Source: Zancudomyces culisetae HAW-14-8
Lineage: Eukaryota > Fungi > Kickxellomycota
Direction: 5' to 3'
Assembly (NCBI GenBank): GCA_052426225.1
Contig: JBNJNM010000021.1
Location: forward strand, 682,001-746,000
Length of the DNA stretch: 64,000 nt
Below the pieces are notes generated by a model. That model saw only the letters and a list, made by a program, of their open reading frames with translations, was not told the DNA's origin and searched no databases. How positions within the stretch are numbered: the stretch's first letter is position 1; each line of letters starts with the position of its first letter. Below are positions 1-12,030 of this stretch, in pieces. The translations under genes and the position numbers were made by a program.

Positions 1-432
1 TTTTAGATCGCACGTTCATTCTGTGTAATTAATTTCTGCACTGTTTCCTTCTGGTTAATTGACGATTTACTACATGGCTATGACAAACTAAAGCCATGGT
101 TTTTGGAAACCAGTCATAACATCAAATAAAGTCAATAAAAATGCCCTTTAACTCTGACCAGCTTTCACAACAGTAGAGCCTGTAGTCATTCGGAATATTC
201 TGAGTCACAAATTGGATTTATAGTAGCTCTAGTTAAATCATGCCAAGACCCCTCCCACATGTAAAAATGAAAAAGTGGACACACCACCACTCAACCTTCC
301 TACTTGATTCGGAAAAAATATGCGAGGAAAAAATAGCGGAAAAGGATGGAAAGCGCGGAACACGAGCTTTTGGCTATGTATTTTTTGGCTTTGCATCTGC
401 CCGTAAAAACCTGAGTTTACTGCTGATCATCT

Positions 433-509
433 TTATTGTTTATCGCTTATCGTTTATCCCCTATCCCTTATCCCTTATCCTTTGCCCTTTAACCTTTAAT
501 CTTTATCCT
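433..509. repeat. Degenerate 7-bp tandem repeat, 11 units (consensus TTATCCY; minus strand RGGATAA)
   Basis: Units read directly: ttattgt ttatcgc ttatcgt ttatccc ctatccc ttatccc ttatcct ttgccct ttaacct ttaatct ttatcct. Confidence 0.85.
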
Positions 510-2018
510 GCATACGCTTTTGTTATCGCTCCATATAATACACCTTTGGCAACCAGAGTAGATGCAGATTACACACAGTACTTTCCTGTTTATTGTAGCG
601 GGTATTTGCCTTGCATTTTTCAACTGGCAAAGAAACTAACACTGCCTGCACAGTTACAATGCATCTCTTGCATTTTTTTTCTGAATCTTTTTTCCATTTA
701 TTCATTGTTTTTTTTTAGTGCGATCATTATATATAACCAATCGGTATTTAGGCTCATAAACATTGATTCAATTGGTTTCTATTCTGTTAAAACATTCAAG
801 CATAAACAAATATGAAGATGTTAATATTTCCTTGTTTGTATTATAAACAGAGTTGCACCCACTTCATTTTCCTATCCTCTGCTTTGGTCAGAATATAGGA
901 CAGTGTTCATATCACAAAGTATTAGTGGTGCTTGGGAAAGGTAGAAAACTAGAAAAATTATCTCTAACCATTAGATGTGCTTCTTTGTTTTTAACACCAG
1001 AGAATACAAAACCAAATCTCATACCAGGCAAATGAAAAGATGGAAAATGAAAATTGAGTATGGAAAAAACTGTAATGTTTATTTGTTTTTTGATAATTAG
1101 CGAGCTGCAGCCAATGTTTTTGCATTAACAGCTTCATAAAGCGATTGACTGAACAGACCGGATAGACTGACAAATGAGAATGAAGGCTGTTGACATGACT
1201 GGTAGACAAAACGTGAAAAATGAAGTTTGTATATCACATGTGGCAGCAAATAAAGTAATTAGGGCAACCAGGGACAATATTATGCAGCCTTGCGCCAATT
1301 CTTGCACACTATCTCTTCCATTGCAGTTTTGATGATCATAGGAAAGAAAAGAAGGAAGAAGGAATACGAGGGCTATTAGCTCGAATAATTCTTTTGAAAT
1401 TTGTAAAATATTTGCCGGTGTGCATATATGGGAGAGGATATGGTATAAGCTGTGTCCTCTTTTATGTGGCAGAATATCTAACAAGTTTAACACAATCGAA
1501 TCATGTGGTAAACACTTTTCTTTTAAATCCCACAAAACTTTCAGCTTTCTAGAATACGACCTCCCCTCCTGTTTTACCGATTTTGTTTGCAGGTAAAAAA
1601 AAAGAACAGTAACCTTATTGGGTAAATTCTGTGTTTTATAGTTTTTTTTTTTTTGCTAAGTAGGGCCATGAATCAAACCGAAAAGCATGTAGTGGAAAGT
1701 ATCTGAATTTCTTGAGTTACATAAAAAAGGTAAGGATGATGGGTATTTGCCTATCTGAGCATAAATACAACAGCCGAAAAGCATCAAATATATATATAAA
1801 GGTCAATATATTATTCCAACTCGCTCAGCAGTGTTTTTGCACTTGAAAACATACTTATTGCCCCTTTCGATTGTACTCAATAGAATCGAAAATAAAACAT
1901 TGCATACGTAGGACAAGAAGCTACACCATACTTATATTTTATAAGTACACAGTTCCATATCCGAGCGACGTGGAAGATAGAGTAAGTTTTGTTAAATTCA
2001 AAAACGGGTAAAATAGAC

Positions 2019-3791
2019 ATGGGAGTGCAAAGTTTGAAGGCCAGTAGGCATTTGAGCGTGAACACAGAGAAAAATAGCATTTCTTCGGGGTATGTATTAG
2101 GTCTTCCTGTCACACGCCAACAAAAAACTGCTAAACCTGTTGTATTTCAGACCATTAAACTGGCAAGACACCAGAGTATCTCTGCCAAGATCATTAAAAG
2201 TGCATTCAAGAAGGTTTATTGTGCCGAACCAACAGCTTCTCCCTGTACAAAAAGTGGAGCAGCTTTCGATGAAAACACAAATGATACAGCACTGAGATCG
2301 CGAAAGTCTTTTACATGTAGTGTGAAAGCAATGGATGCTGGTGAGGATGAGGCTAGTGAAGATGACGAAGAAAGCTACACTGGTGGTATTGGAGTGGATA
2401 TTCTAGAGGTGTACAAAGCTCCTTGTGAGAAACAGCTTGATTGTATACCAGAAATCAAGAATAAATATCTAATAAACGAAAGAAGAGCGCTTATAAGAAC
2501 GAATATTTCGAGTATTCAGTTTGGGATTAGAATGACTGATTGGAAAAAAGTTATTTTCAAGACGGTATTGGAGAGAGAGAATGCTGAAAGGGAGGCACAA
2601 ATGTTTGATAAAATAAAAAAGAAGAAAATACCACACACTCTAACCTTGTTAGATAGCTTTCAGAATTTGAGTAACAACACGGTTTTCGTTTTTGAGAGAA
2701 TGGATAGCTTGAATATTTACAACAGAGATCTCAAAGATATTGCGAAAATCATAACAAGTGTAATAATCTCGCTTGTTGGTATTCATAAGGCGCAGCTTGT
2801 CCACCTTGACATAAATCCTTCGAATATAATGGTTTCAAGAAATGCACCATATTTAGTTAAAGTTATTGACTTTGGATTGGCATGTGAGGCTAATTCAGCA
2901 GGTGTCCTACCCAAGCGTGGGACCTGTGGGTTCATAGCACCAGAGGTTTTGAAAGAGGAATATGGCGATGGTAGAGCGGATATGTACAGTCTAGGAGTGG
3001 TATTTGGAATGATGCTTACTGATTATTTTCCGGGGGTAGATCTAAGATATCTAGGAAGTTCAAATGTGCGCTACGAAACCACAAGCAGTATTGTAGATCA
3101 GCTTGGCCAGCTATTGGCGGGTTTAGAGTACAAATACTGCGACATATTTGAGGATACCACTTCCCACGTTTCTGATAGCGATATTAATAGCCAGGGTTAT
3201 AGGTATTCCAGTGATCAACGTTCCCGTGGATTTGAACCAGTAGCACTCAAAAACTCTCCCAACCTGAACTATTCGCAATACCTTAGCCAATCAAATCCAG
3301 GAATGTGTGAATATTACTTGAATGAAGAATATAATGAGGAGCAAGGTCACAATCACAATTCATATGATAGATGGTTAAACAGAAACATTGTTTATAAGCC
3401 AAAAATTGAGCGCCCAAGAAAGTCATCTGAAATACACAGGATCCCTATGGCTATACAGCATGCCGCAGACCTGCTTCGTCTTTTGTTGGAAGAGTTTCCT
3501 GAAAACAGACCTACTGCAGAACAGGCTCTAAAGCATCCATTTTTTGAATTTATTAAGGAAATAGAAAAGTCGGACAGCGCCAACAAATCCGGCTCACAAA
3601 AAGCGCATAATAGGGCAAATGATATTAAGAAATTGTGTGAACGCGGGTTTTCTGACTACGAGTTGTTTGAAAACAACGAATATTTTAACGGCACAACTAT
3701 GGTGGAGTGTAGTTTGTGGACAGATCAGATAGAAAGCCTAATGAAAGATATCTCGGAAGACGAAACGCTCGAGAATAACATTTATTACTAG
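2019..3791 (+). CDS. Atypical Ser/Thr protein kinase (intronless, ~590 aa) with large C-lobe insert
   Basis: First ATG of ORF 1989..3791 is at 2019. Motifs: VIFK, alphaC E (AERE), HLDINPSNI, DFG, GTCGFIAPE, DMYSLGVVF, RPTAEQALKHPFF. Confidence 0.9.
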   Translation: MGVQSLKASRHLSVNTEKNSISSGYVLGLPVTRQQKTAKPVVFQTIKLARHQSISAKIIKSAFKKVYCAEPTASPCTKSGAAFDENTNDTALRSRKSFTCSVKAMDAGEDEASEDDEESYTGGIGVDILEVYKAPCEKQLDCIPEIKNKYLINERRALIRTNISSIQFGIRMTDWKKVIFKTVLERENAEREAQMFDKIKKKKIPHTLTLLDSFQNLSNNTVFVFERMDSLNIYNRDLKDIAKIITSVIISLVGIHKAQLVHLDINPSNIMVSRNAPYLVKVIDFGLACEANSAGVLPKRGTCGFIAPEVLKEEYGDGRADMYSLGVVFGMMLTDYFPGVDLRYLGSSNVRYETTSSIVDQLGQLLAGLEYKYCDIFEDTTSHVSDSDINSQGYRYSSDQRSRGFEPVALKNSPNLNYSQYLSQSNPGMCEYYLNEEYNEEQGHNHNSYDRWLNRNIVYKPKIERPRKSSEIHRIPMAIQHAADLLRLLLEEFPENRPTAEQALKHPFFEFIKEIEKSDSANKSGSQKAHNRANDIKKLCERGFSDYELFENNEYFNGTTMVECSLWTDQIESLMKDISEDETLENNIYY

Positions 3792-4554
3792 CAACCCACC
3801 ATTTGTAGTCACAATTACGAGGAGTAGTGGTGGGGTTACACAAGCGCAGAATTCTTTAATTTTTATTGTATAACATTTTGTTTTAGTCAAGAATTAGGTT
3901 ATAGGATTCCTTTATACGAATTTCACGAAATAGAAATAAACGAAAACCAAGCCTACTGATATGTTTTATTCTGACGATTACTAAAAGTCAAATAAATAAA
4001 CACAATCTCCCCCCCCCCCCACCTAAAAAATAAGATGCAACTCGGCGAATAACATCCAAATTGATACGAGATTTCATTTTAATGTGTGGTTTGCTCGTTT
4101 GTGCAAGAGAGGTTATCTGTTTGCAAAAGACGCTGTTTGGAAAGGTATGGAAGAATGATATGAATATCTTGAAGATATTACTTTACGATTTTATTAGCTA
4201 CATGATTACCAATATATGGCTTATACTTTCATTATATGCTTTAGACTTTTCAGTACATCAAGCTATGTGTTTACCATAAAGCTTTTCTTCATAATAATGT
4301 GAGAGATAAAACAAATTGACATGCTATACTTCGAATCTGCAACTACGGTGCAGTTAGCACAAGTCTCTTGTTAGGTAGATAATCTCCATATACAACTCCA
4401 TTCACGAATCTGGAGCCACAAACTTTATTAGAAAATGATATTTTTCTATTTCTATTTTTATTATACCAAATTACATGTTGTTTTAATATACTAATACACA
4501 GCAAAAAACTAAATAAAATAAGATGCATTGATAAAACGGCATCTACAATAGGCT

Positions 4555-5796
4555 TTAAAGCACTCGTTCCTTGATTGTTTTGGCAACAATATATTTCTTG
4601 TACGTTCTATTTACTTCCAAAAAATCTACAACTTCCGCTTCCAACCTATCCATAGCATTCTCCTCTTCGTCCGTGTCATACTCCTCAGATGCCCACCGTT
4701 TAAGATTGTCAAGGTATGTACTTAGAGAGTCTATATATTTATTTTTCACCTCTTCGGCACCTTTACGATCATACATGTGTACATTTTCGTCTTCAGTCGG
4801 AATTACGTACTTGAAATCATATGAGTTTTCTCCGCCATATTTCTCTAATAATTCCTCCTTATCGATATACAGGGAGAGCTCTTTAAAATTCTTCACGAAT
4901 CGCACTTTTGCAACAACATTTGCGTGAATATAATTCTTTGCAACCAACCAAACGCCTCGAAAAAGCCAAGATTCGGAGTATACCAACACGGCACCTAAGC
5001 ACTCTGGGTAGTAATTGCACAAAAATCTTAAAAACAGTCGATAATAAGTGATGTCGTAGTTTTTAGATGACATTTCCTTTACGTCTACAATAAGACACAC
5101 TTTCTGAATATTTCGAGTCAAGTATGAACGCGCTCTTTCCATAGTAAGTATAGTTCCCGCCAAATTTGCTAACAATGTTTGTTCGGAAGGATATATCCTA
5201 CTCAGATTAATATATACAATTGGTCGACCCAGCTTATCCCTCCCATTGATTATGGCAACTCCTCGTTGCATGTACCGTAAATTTGCTATACTTTCGCCAT
5301 ACCAGTTCAGTTCGTCTATTTTGCTTTTTGTTCGCCAAGCTAAAGTATCAAGTAGCCTGTTCATAGCAAGATCTGCATCCCAGTCTGCCTCTCTGAGATA
5401 TCGTAATATAACTGAATCTGGGCTATCATTTACAACGTACTCATAAAACGCATCCTTAACAGAAACCATTTCATCACTTTCATACTCTGGCGGAATTGCA
5501 CTTTTGGGCATTGCTTCTTGAACAACCTGGCCATACTCCTTTTGTTTGTGCGAATGGTTTTCTAAACATTCAACCATGCCAAACTTATAGCCTTCGTGAT
5601 CCAGCCTATTTATTATAGTGTCCGCATCTATGTATCTATACAATATCTCTAAAAACTCAGCTATTTTACTCTTCTTGCTGCTGTCAATATTTTTGATGTA
5701 TACGTTCGTATCAGGGTACATGTTAACATATTGTCCCAAAATATCTACCTCCTCAGAGTTTTTTTTGGTGCTATTCTTCCTTTCCTTTTTTGTCAT
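4555..5796 (-). CDS. CRAL-TRIO/Sec14-like lipid-transfer protein (Csr1/Sfh2-like)
   Basis: D-x-x-ILRYLR...W...A...L...LAWR (CRAL-TRIO N-terminal), GRDKLGRPIVYI, NYYPECLG, KVRF, ELLEKYGG. Confidence 0.9.
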   Translation of the reverse strand: MTKKERKNSTKKNSEEVDILGQYVNMYPDTNVYIKNIDSSKKSKIAEFLEILYRYIDADTIINRLDHEGYKFGMVECLENHSHKQKEYGQVVQEAMPKSAIPPEYESDEMVSVKDAFYEYVVNDSPDSVILRYLREADWDADLAMNRLLDTLAWRTKSKIDELNWYGESIANLRYMQRGVAIINGRDKLGRPIVYINLSRIYPSEQTLLANLAGTILTMERARSYLTRNIQKVCLIVDVKEMSSKNYDITYYRLFLRFLCNYYPECLGAVLVYSESWLFRGVWLVAKNYIHANVVAKVRFVKNFKELSLYIDKEELLEKYGGENSYDFKYVIPTEDENVHMYDRKGAEEVKNKYIDSLSTYLDNLKRWASEEYDTDEEENAMDRLEAEVVDFLEVNRTYKKYIVAKTIKERVL

Positions 5797-8348
5797 CGTA
5801 TATTTATCCCTGAAGAATATAGTTTGTTAAGGAAATAACAGCAAGCAGTGTACTATAATAAAATATATATACGGGTTATATAAACACAATCATCTAATTT
5901 TCTTTAATTAAAACGTGAAAGCTTTGCTTGCACAAGATGGATACTGAGCTGGTGTAGATATAATAACGAAGAAAAGGAAACATAAGCAGATTGATAAGTT
6001 GTTTGCAATTTAAACCTATAGGTGCGTCCGGTACTTTTGCCTTGAAAAATGTTCAAAACTGGAGGCCTCATTTCCTCTTGGATAATGATAATAAACTAGC
6101 TGATCCTGGGCTGAACTTTAGCTCACCAAGCGGGTCCATCCATTGAGCAGGTCAAAAAAAACAGTTACTTTTTTCTGTACCATTTTGGCAGCGCTATTTT
6201 GTATTTATTGTTTGCTTTTCTTTCAGGCGCATTGTAAAACCCGCTTTGTATACAAACTTCGTATGAATCAGCTTTATCATTGGGACTCCATTACAAGATC
6301 TCTATAATGAAGCGTCAGAAAAAGAAAAAAAATACAAATGTACTAAGACAAACAATAAACTGGCCCTACTATTCTGCCAATAGGCCTTTTTCCAAAATCG
6401 CCCCTTCGAAAAAAACATTGGTATTAATGGCTGCTTTTTTTTCGCAACATTTTCTTTCGCTCTCATCACTTGCACATTTTTTAATGGTCACAAAAATACA
6501 CTACGAAAAGCAGCTTACTCATAATTGCCTTTAACCATGACTCTGATTCGGTAAATACCCACAAATGATTTTTTACCTTTCATATGAGGGCGGATGTTAG
6601 TGTTCCCTACCACTTTATTCGCTAGAATATATTTAGGTTTGAAATAAAAATTACTCGACGAAAGCGCATATAGCAGCATCAAACGAGCTAACAGTTGTGC
6701 TATAAGCATCCTAAGGTGCAAAAGCTGATTTTACATAACTTGCTAAATGCCAAGTCAAGAAAAAAATGCCGAATTAGAGCACACTTGCATAAAAAAAACT
6801 ACTACGTTCTCCTGTGCCACAAAAGGGGGGGGGGGGGCATAAGCTCCTTTCTACACTATCACGTGCTAGTAACGGCGGAGCTGGACAATTTAGTCTGCAA
6901 AACCGCCGATGTGACCCTCTCCCACCCCCCCCTTCCCTACCGCTTCTTTCCACATCCCAATCAATTCATGTGTATATGCGCAAAGAAATGAATATAATTC
7001 GCACTTTTAAGAGATACCAATTATTGCTTTGGTCCGTGTTCTATTGCACATATCCGCCTTATAACAAATCTATAACCACCAAACAAAAAACAAAAAATAG
7101 ATATAATAACTCAGCTTTATTTCTCGAATCTGGCGGCATCTAGCCTGTAACCCTGTTGCGTTATCTCATTCACCACAAACTATGAATATACCATGTGTAA
7201 TTGTTTACAACGATTCCTAAATCAAGGCTGTTTCTCCAAAATTCTTCATCAAATAGCATTTCTTCATTAGACTAGCCTTCCCTAAACTAGGCTTGGTGTG
7301 GATTTTTGAATTGCCATTATCGTTTTTTTGCGCTTTTTAAAATATAAGGTTATTTGGTAATTGTGGTTATTGGTAATTCTCACATATAATCTGGATTAAA
7401 CTTCCTCCTTAGATATTATCAGGCCTAATTCAATCATATCCCCGCACGTTGGTTTTTCTGCTTTCTTTTGTGGAAATATTTCAGCAGGTTCGTTAAGTCC
7501 CAAAATTTGATATCATTTTAGTTGAAAGCCAAAATTCATCACATGTCTGCTTTTTTACAGGGAGGGAAAGGGAAAGAGAGTAATGCTAACAGATTGCGAC
7601 ATAAATTCAAGTAATGCACCAGGTTGGTGCAATATATAATACATATATATGCTTAGTAAAGCAATCTTAAAACCTTTTCAGAATATAAATGTGAAACACA
7701 GTTGCTTGACAAACTAAATAATCTAAACATCAACTATTTTCTTTTCTCATTATTATCTCAGCGTACACTTTATTTTTTGATGTTTTTAAAAGTGATTTAT
7801 TTTTGGAAGCTAGTACTTGGTTTTGTAGGCAATATCGAATTTGAGAATCCAGCTATCTAAACTAGCCCTAAAATGTACCAACCAGTCCTGAAAAACAACA
7901 AACTTTACACACTAGTTTTCATTGATGGTGTTTTTTAGTTTTATGAGGTTGACTCTGGTACTGCTTTATTTTTCTGCTAACTCATATTAACACTGGTTAT
8001 GTTCCAGGGTGTTGATATACAATATTCGAATAAACCATACCAAGAAACAATCATCAATCACACCATTCTGTAACATCGGAAAAAAATTTACTAGTGCCAT
8101 CATCTGGGTTTGTTTATTTTTGTAATTTTGGTCTTTTGATGAATAAACTGTGTGGAATTATGTTGGAAATTGATGGAAATTATTCACAACAAAAAAGAGG
8201 TGATACAAGTATCAATTATTTTCGCCAGGTTGCTAAGACGAGTAATCCACATTTAGAACATAACAGTAGTAATACTTTCTGCTTGAATACTACATCCAGA
8301 AATAAATTTCGAACAAACAAGATATAATCTAAAAGACCACGCGACATA

Positions 8349-11300
8349 ATGATCGAAAACAGTTTGAACCTTATTTATGGTAATTTTTTGCAATTAGATT
8401 ACCAAAAACAGTCTAAAAGATAACAACACTAACATGCCTGAAAATAAAAATAGATGCATTGGAGGCGGAGAAGCCAGATACAGCTATGAGAGAGTGTAAC
8501 AGGGTCTTGTTGAAGCATCCCAATCAACCGACTATAAAAGTAAGAAATGGATCAATAAATTTTCGACACAAATACCATGGAAAAATGCCATTTTGAAAGT
8601 ATAGATCCAGAAAAGGAAAATTTGCGTTTGTTGAAATCTCTAAAATTTTTAAATACTCAATGGCTTTAGGCGCTAAAGGCATTCTCGCTAATCAAACTCG
8701 GAAGAATTAGCGAAGCAAAAAATGAAGCTGAGGAGGTGCTGAACTCGGAAAAAATGATACAAGAAGATTCAGCAATACACGCACTATCATTAGCACTTCA
8801 AGGATTAAACGAATGTAAGACTCACCCTAAAAAGAAATGTTGTCACCCCTATCATGTTGAGATTGCCTTTTATTCACTTTGTAAAAAAGAATTAAATAAC
8901 TGAAAATAAGCAAAGTTGTAAGGGAGGGGGGAACCATTTAGAAACAGGTGTAAACATATAAATATTGCATTTTGATTGAAAAAAAATGTTTTAAATAATA
9001 GATGAAAAGTTGGTAAATTTGTACGAAAAGGTATCAAATGCTAGAAGTAATGTGGAAAAGTACAGTAGGGAGTATTTCTTTGCGTGCGTCAAGGCAAACG
9101 ATCTAAAATCCCAACATTCTGCCGTTTTACAGCTGCAGAAAAGGTATCCAAAAAGAGCGTATCGCTGGTGGACAGTGACAACTATATACTTGGAGGTTGG
9201 TTTTATTTTAATATATGATATTTTTGTCCCTGTGTTTATATTGATATTACAGAGATATATATGCTTTATAATTCAAACGAAATGTTAAATTTGATATGGA
9301 AACGATCAATTATAGTACCTGGCTGCGAAAAATGATATGGAAAAGAAACTACACATAAGCTTGACACAACGGTTGGCAAGCAAGCTGGTTGAAGAAGACC
9401 CAAAGATGACTCTACCAGGTAAAGTAAACAAGCACCAAAGTTTTAGTTGAAAAATGTAAAGGGCTGTATGGTTAAAACTAACTCGCCATTACTTTAAAAC
9501 AAATTTTGTAGAGTTGTGTCTATATTTGAGAATCATGCGAGAAGCAAACGAATTGGATAAGGCGATAATGGCGATAGAAAAAAATGAAGGATATGTGGGA
9601 CAAGATCCTGACATTAGGATCGAGTTTCTAAAGTTGCTGAATGAATCGGGACAAAGCCAGAGGGCGATGCAGCTAAACATGAAGATGATGGAGAAAGGTA
9701 GCGACAACTATGTGGAATATATTGAGGCGATTGAATCACTTGAAAGAATGAGCAAAACTACTGATCAGGTGGTAGCGAATAAAGAAAGAGAGAGCTTCAA
9801 GAAAAATCTCAAGCAATGGGTTGAAGATCCTAAACGAGGTAGAAATGCAATGTTAGCAGATTTAGAGTATGGGTACAGGGTGAGTAAAAACGATGTTGAC
9901 CTCCAACAGCGAAATCTGTGGCGGTATATCAATAGATTTGCAAGCAAAAAGAGCTGTTTTGTGGATATTCAGGGGTATGTTGAGTTATTTTCTGAAAAGG
10001 AAAAGTTTTTCCAAATGTGGACATCACAGCTAGAAGCAAAAGTCGAAGGTAAACAACAACTGATGAAAGCCGCAAATGCCAATGCGAGTTTAAAGAATGA
10101 GAAAGATCTAAATGAAATAATAACCTTGGAGAAACTGAGGTGGTTAACTGATGTTATATCAGAAAGAAAAGCAAGGGAATCAGGAAAAAAAGACCACGAC
10201 CATGTGAAAGTGAAGGAGAGAACCAATATCGCACGAGCAAATATGTTGATAGAGCGTGGTAGTATGCTTAAAGGACAAGAGTTTCTAGGACTTCGAGACG
10301 AATTGTGGATGATAGCGTGTCAGTACTTGCTGAAAGAATCCGACATACAGAGAGCCAAAGATGGAAACAGGAGTGAATCAGATAAAATCAACGTTGCAGT
10401 GCTAACGCTTCTAGAGCAGGCGATTGAGACCAACTCAATGAACTATGAGACTAAACTATTGGCAATGAAAGTATATATGGAACTTGGGGTAGTTACCCGA
10501 ACAGCAAAATTGTATGAAGCTCTATCCATAAAGGGAATACAGAAAGACTCTCTTTCATATTTGATCCTGGGGCACGCAATTAAATATGGACAGTATTCTA
10601 GCGAGAAGAATGAATGTTTGAATGCAGAAAAAATCTACAAAATGTGCAGAACAAAGCAGAGCCAAAGGCACACTAGCCAGCAGCAAGATGATAACGATGG
10701 CGGCGATGATGGACTTGAATATGATAGTGATGGTGACACCGAATACAACAATGGCCATGGAAGGATGATGCAAATGGCGTACGAGCAAGGGTCTCATCAC
10801 AAAGTTGTTGAGTTTTATGAATTTACTGAGCGACTTGAGAAGTCACTACAGCGTAACATGACGCAAGTGCTCATGGATGCGTCGGATTTGGTACTAGGAA
10901 AATATGGTAGTGGCAATAACTATGGTACTGATAATAGTGATTGGGTCTCGGAACTATATGATAACAGGGATTTGTCGATTGTTAAAAAGGCAAACTACAC
11001 TAATTCGGTAATCAGCAGTGCAGTTGTGCAGCAGTTTCAGCAACAAACCATGGAAAAAGATGGTGGCAGCATGATATTTATACCTAGCAAACATGTGGAG
11101 TGGCCAGAAAGCATCAAAGTAAAGGGTTGGTTAAAGACGCGTAGCTGCATTCTGGGGATGCTAGTTGAAATTTTGCAGCTAGGCAAAACTCAGAATCCAG
11201 ATGAAAGCCAGAACCAGAAAATAAAGGAAAAACTAACAAAGATGATAAGAAGAGTTGATATGGATTTGAGAAGGGTTGGTAGCAACGATCATGATTCTTC

Positions 11301-12030
11301 TCATGTGGCAAAAATATATGAGAGCAAAACGATAGATCAGCTAATAAACGAGCTTGGAAAACACGCATATAGTGATAAATGCGGTATTGATCAAAGGGAA
11401 GAGGCATTCGAGGTACTTTATACAAAACTTGTGGTTGGCGTTGCAGTCCTGGCGTTACAGGAAGGTAATGAAAGCGTCGAGGACTCTATTAGTGTCGATA
11501 TCGGGGAAAAGGTAATATGGGGACATGGAATGCAAGGAAAAGAGAAATCAGTACAAACATTTATGGAGTATGTATGTCAACTAATATGTAATTACTTGAG
11601 CACCCATGGTCCTGTCGATGCTACTCAAAGCAACGATCAGACGACGACTGATATCCCCACGTGTATCAGACTTTTATCTTTGTGGGCACAGGTGTATTCG
11701 GTTCTCAAAAAAACCACACAAGCTGATAACTTGAGCTCCGTCAAACAGCTGGTAGTGGGCTCTATAGGAAAATGTATGGAGTTCATAAACAGTGAAGAAG
11801 GTTTCGCAGCGAAAAAATGGCTCTTATTGAACAATACAACAAACAGCAGTAGTAATAGTAATACTAATGATAACAAAGGTGTGGGAGATAAAGAACTAGT
11901 ACAAAAGAGTGCGAATATAAACATAAACATTAACAAAAATGTTGCAAATCAACAGAGACAAGTGCTAAACAACCTCAAGAAGAGCTGGATAGCAAGCTTG
12001 TCCAGTATAAAGCAAGCAATCACACATTAA
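8349..12030 (+). CDS. MDM20: NatB N-terminal acetyltransferase auxiliary subunit (NAA25/Mdm20), 6 exons
   Basis: Exons 8349-8379, 8454-8539, 8670-8814, 9002-9195, 9316-9418 and 9512-12030 join in frame with GT-AG ends. They give MIENSLNLIYDALEA...CNRVLLKHP...KALKAFSL, then RFASKKSCFVDI, LSIKGIQKDSLSY, KVVEFYEFTERLEKS and DNRD, typical of NAA25/Mdm20. Confidence 0.85.

Noticed and set aside
240-815. 191-aa ORF
   Set aside because: Low-complexity hydrophobic translation created by the heptamer repeat and T-rich DNA; no recognisable domain.
7170-7545. Coding-looking minus-strand fragments (YQILGLNEPAEIFP..., NEEMLFDEEFWRNS...) and a GTGATGA...CTGA C/D-like pair
   Set aside because: Short, stop-bounded, with no consistent splice model or homology I recognise; no recognisable rRNA complementarity for a snoRNA.
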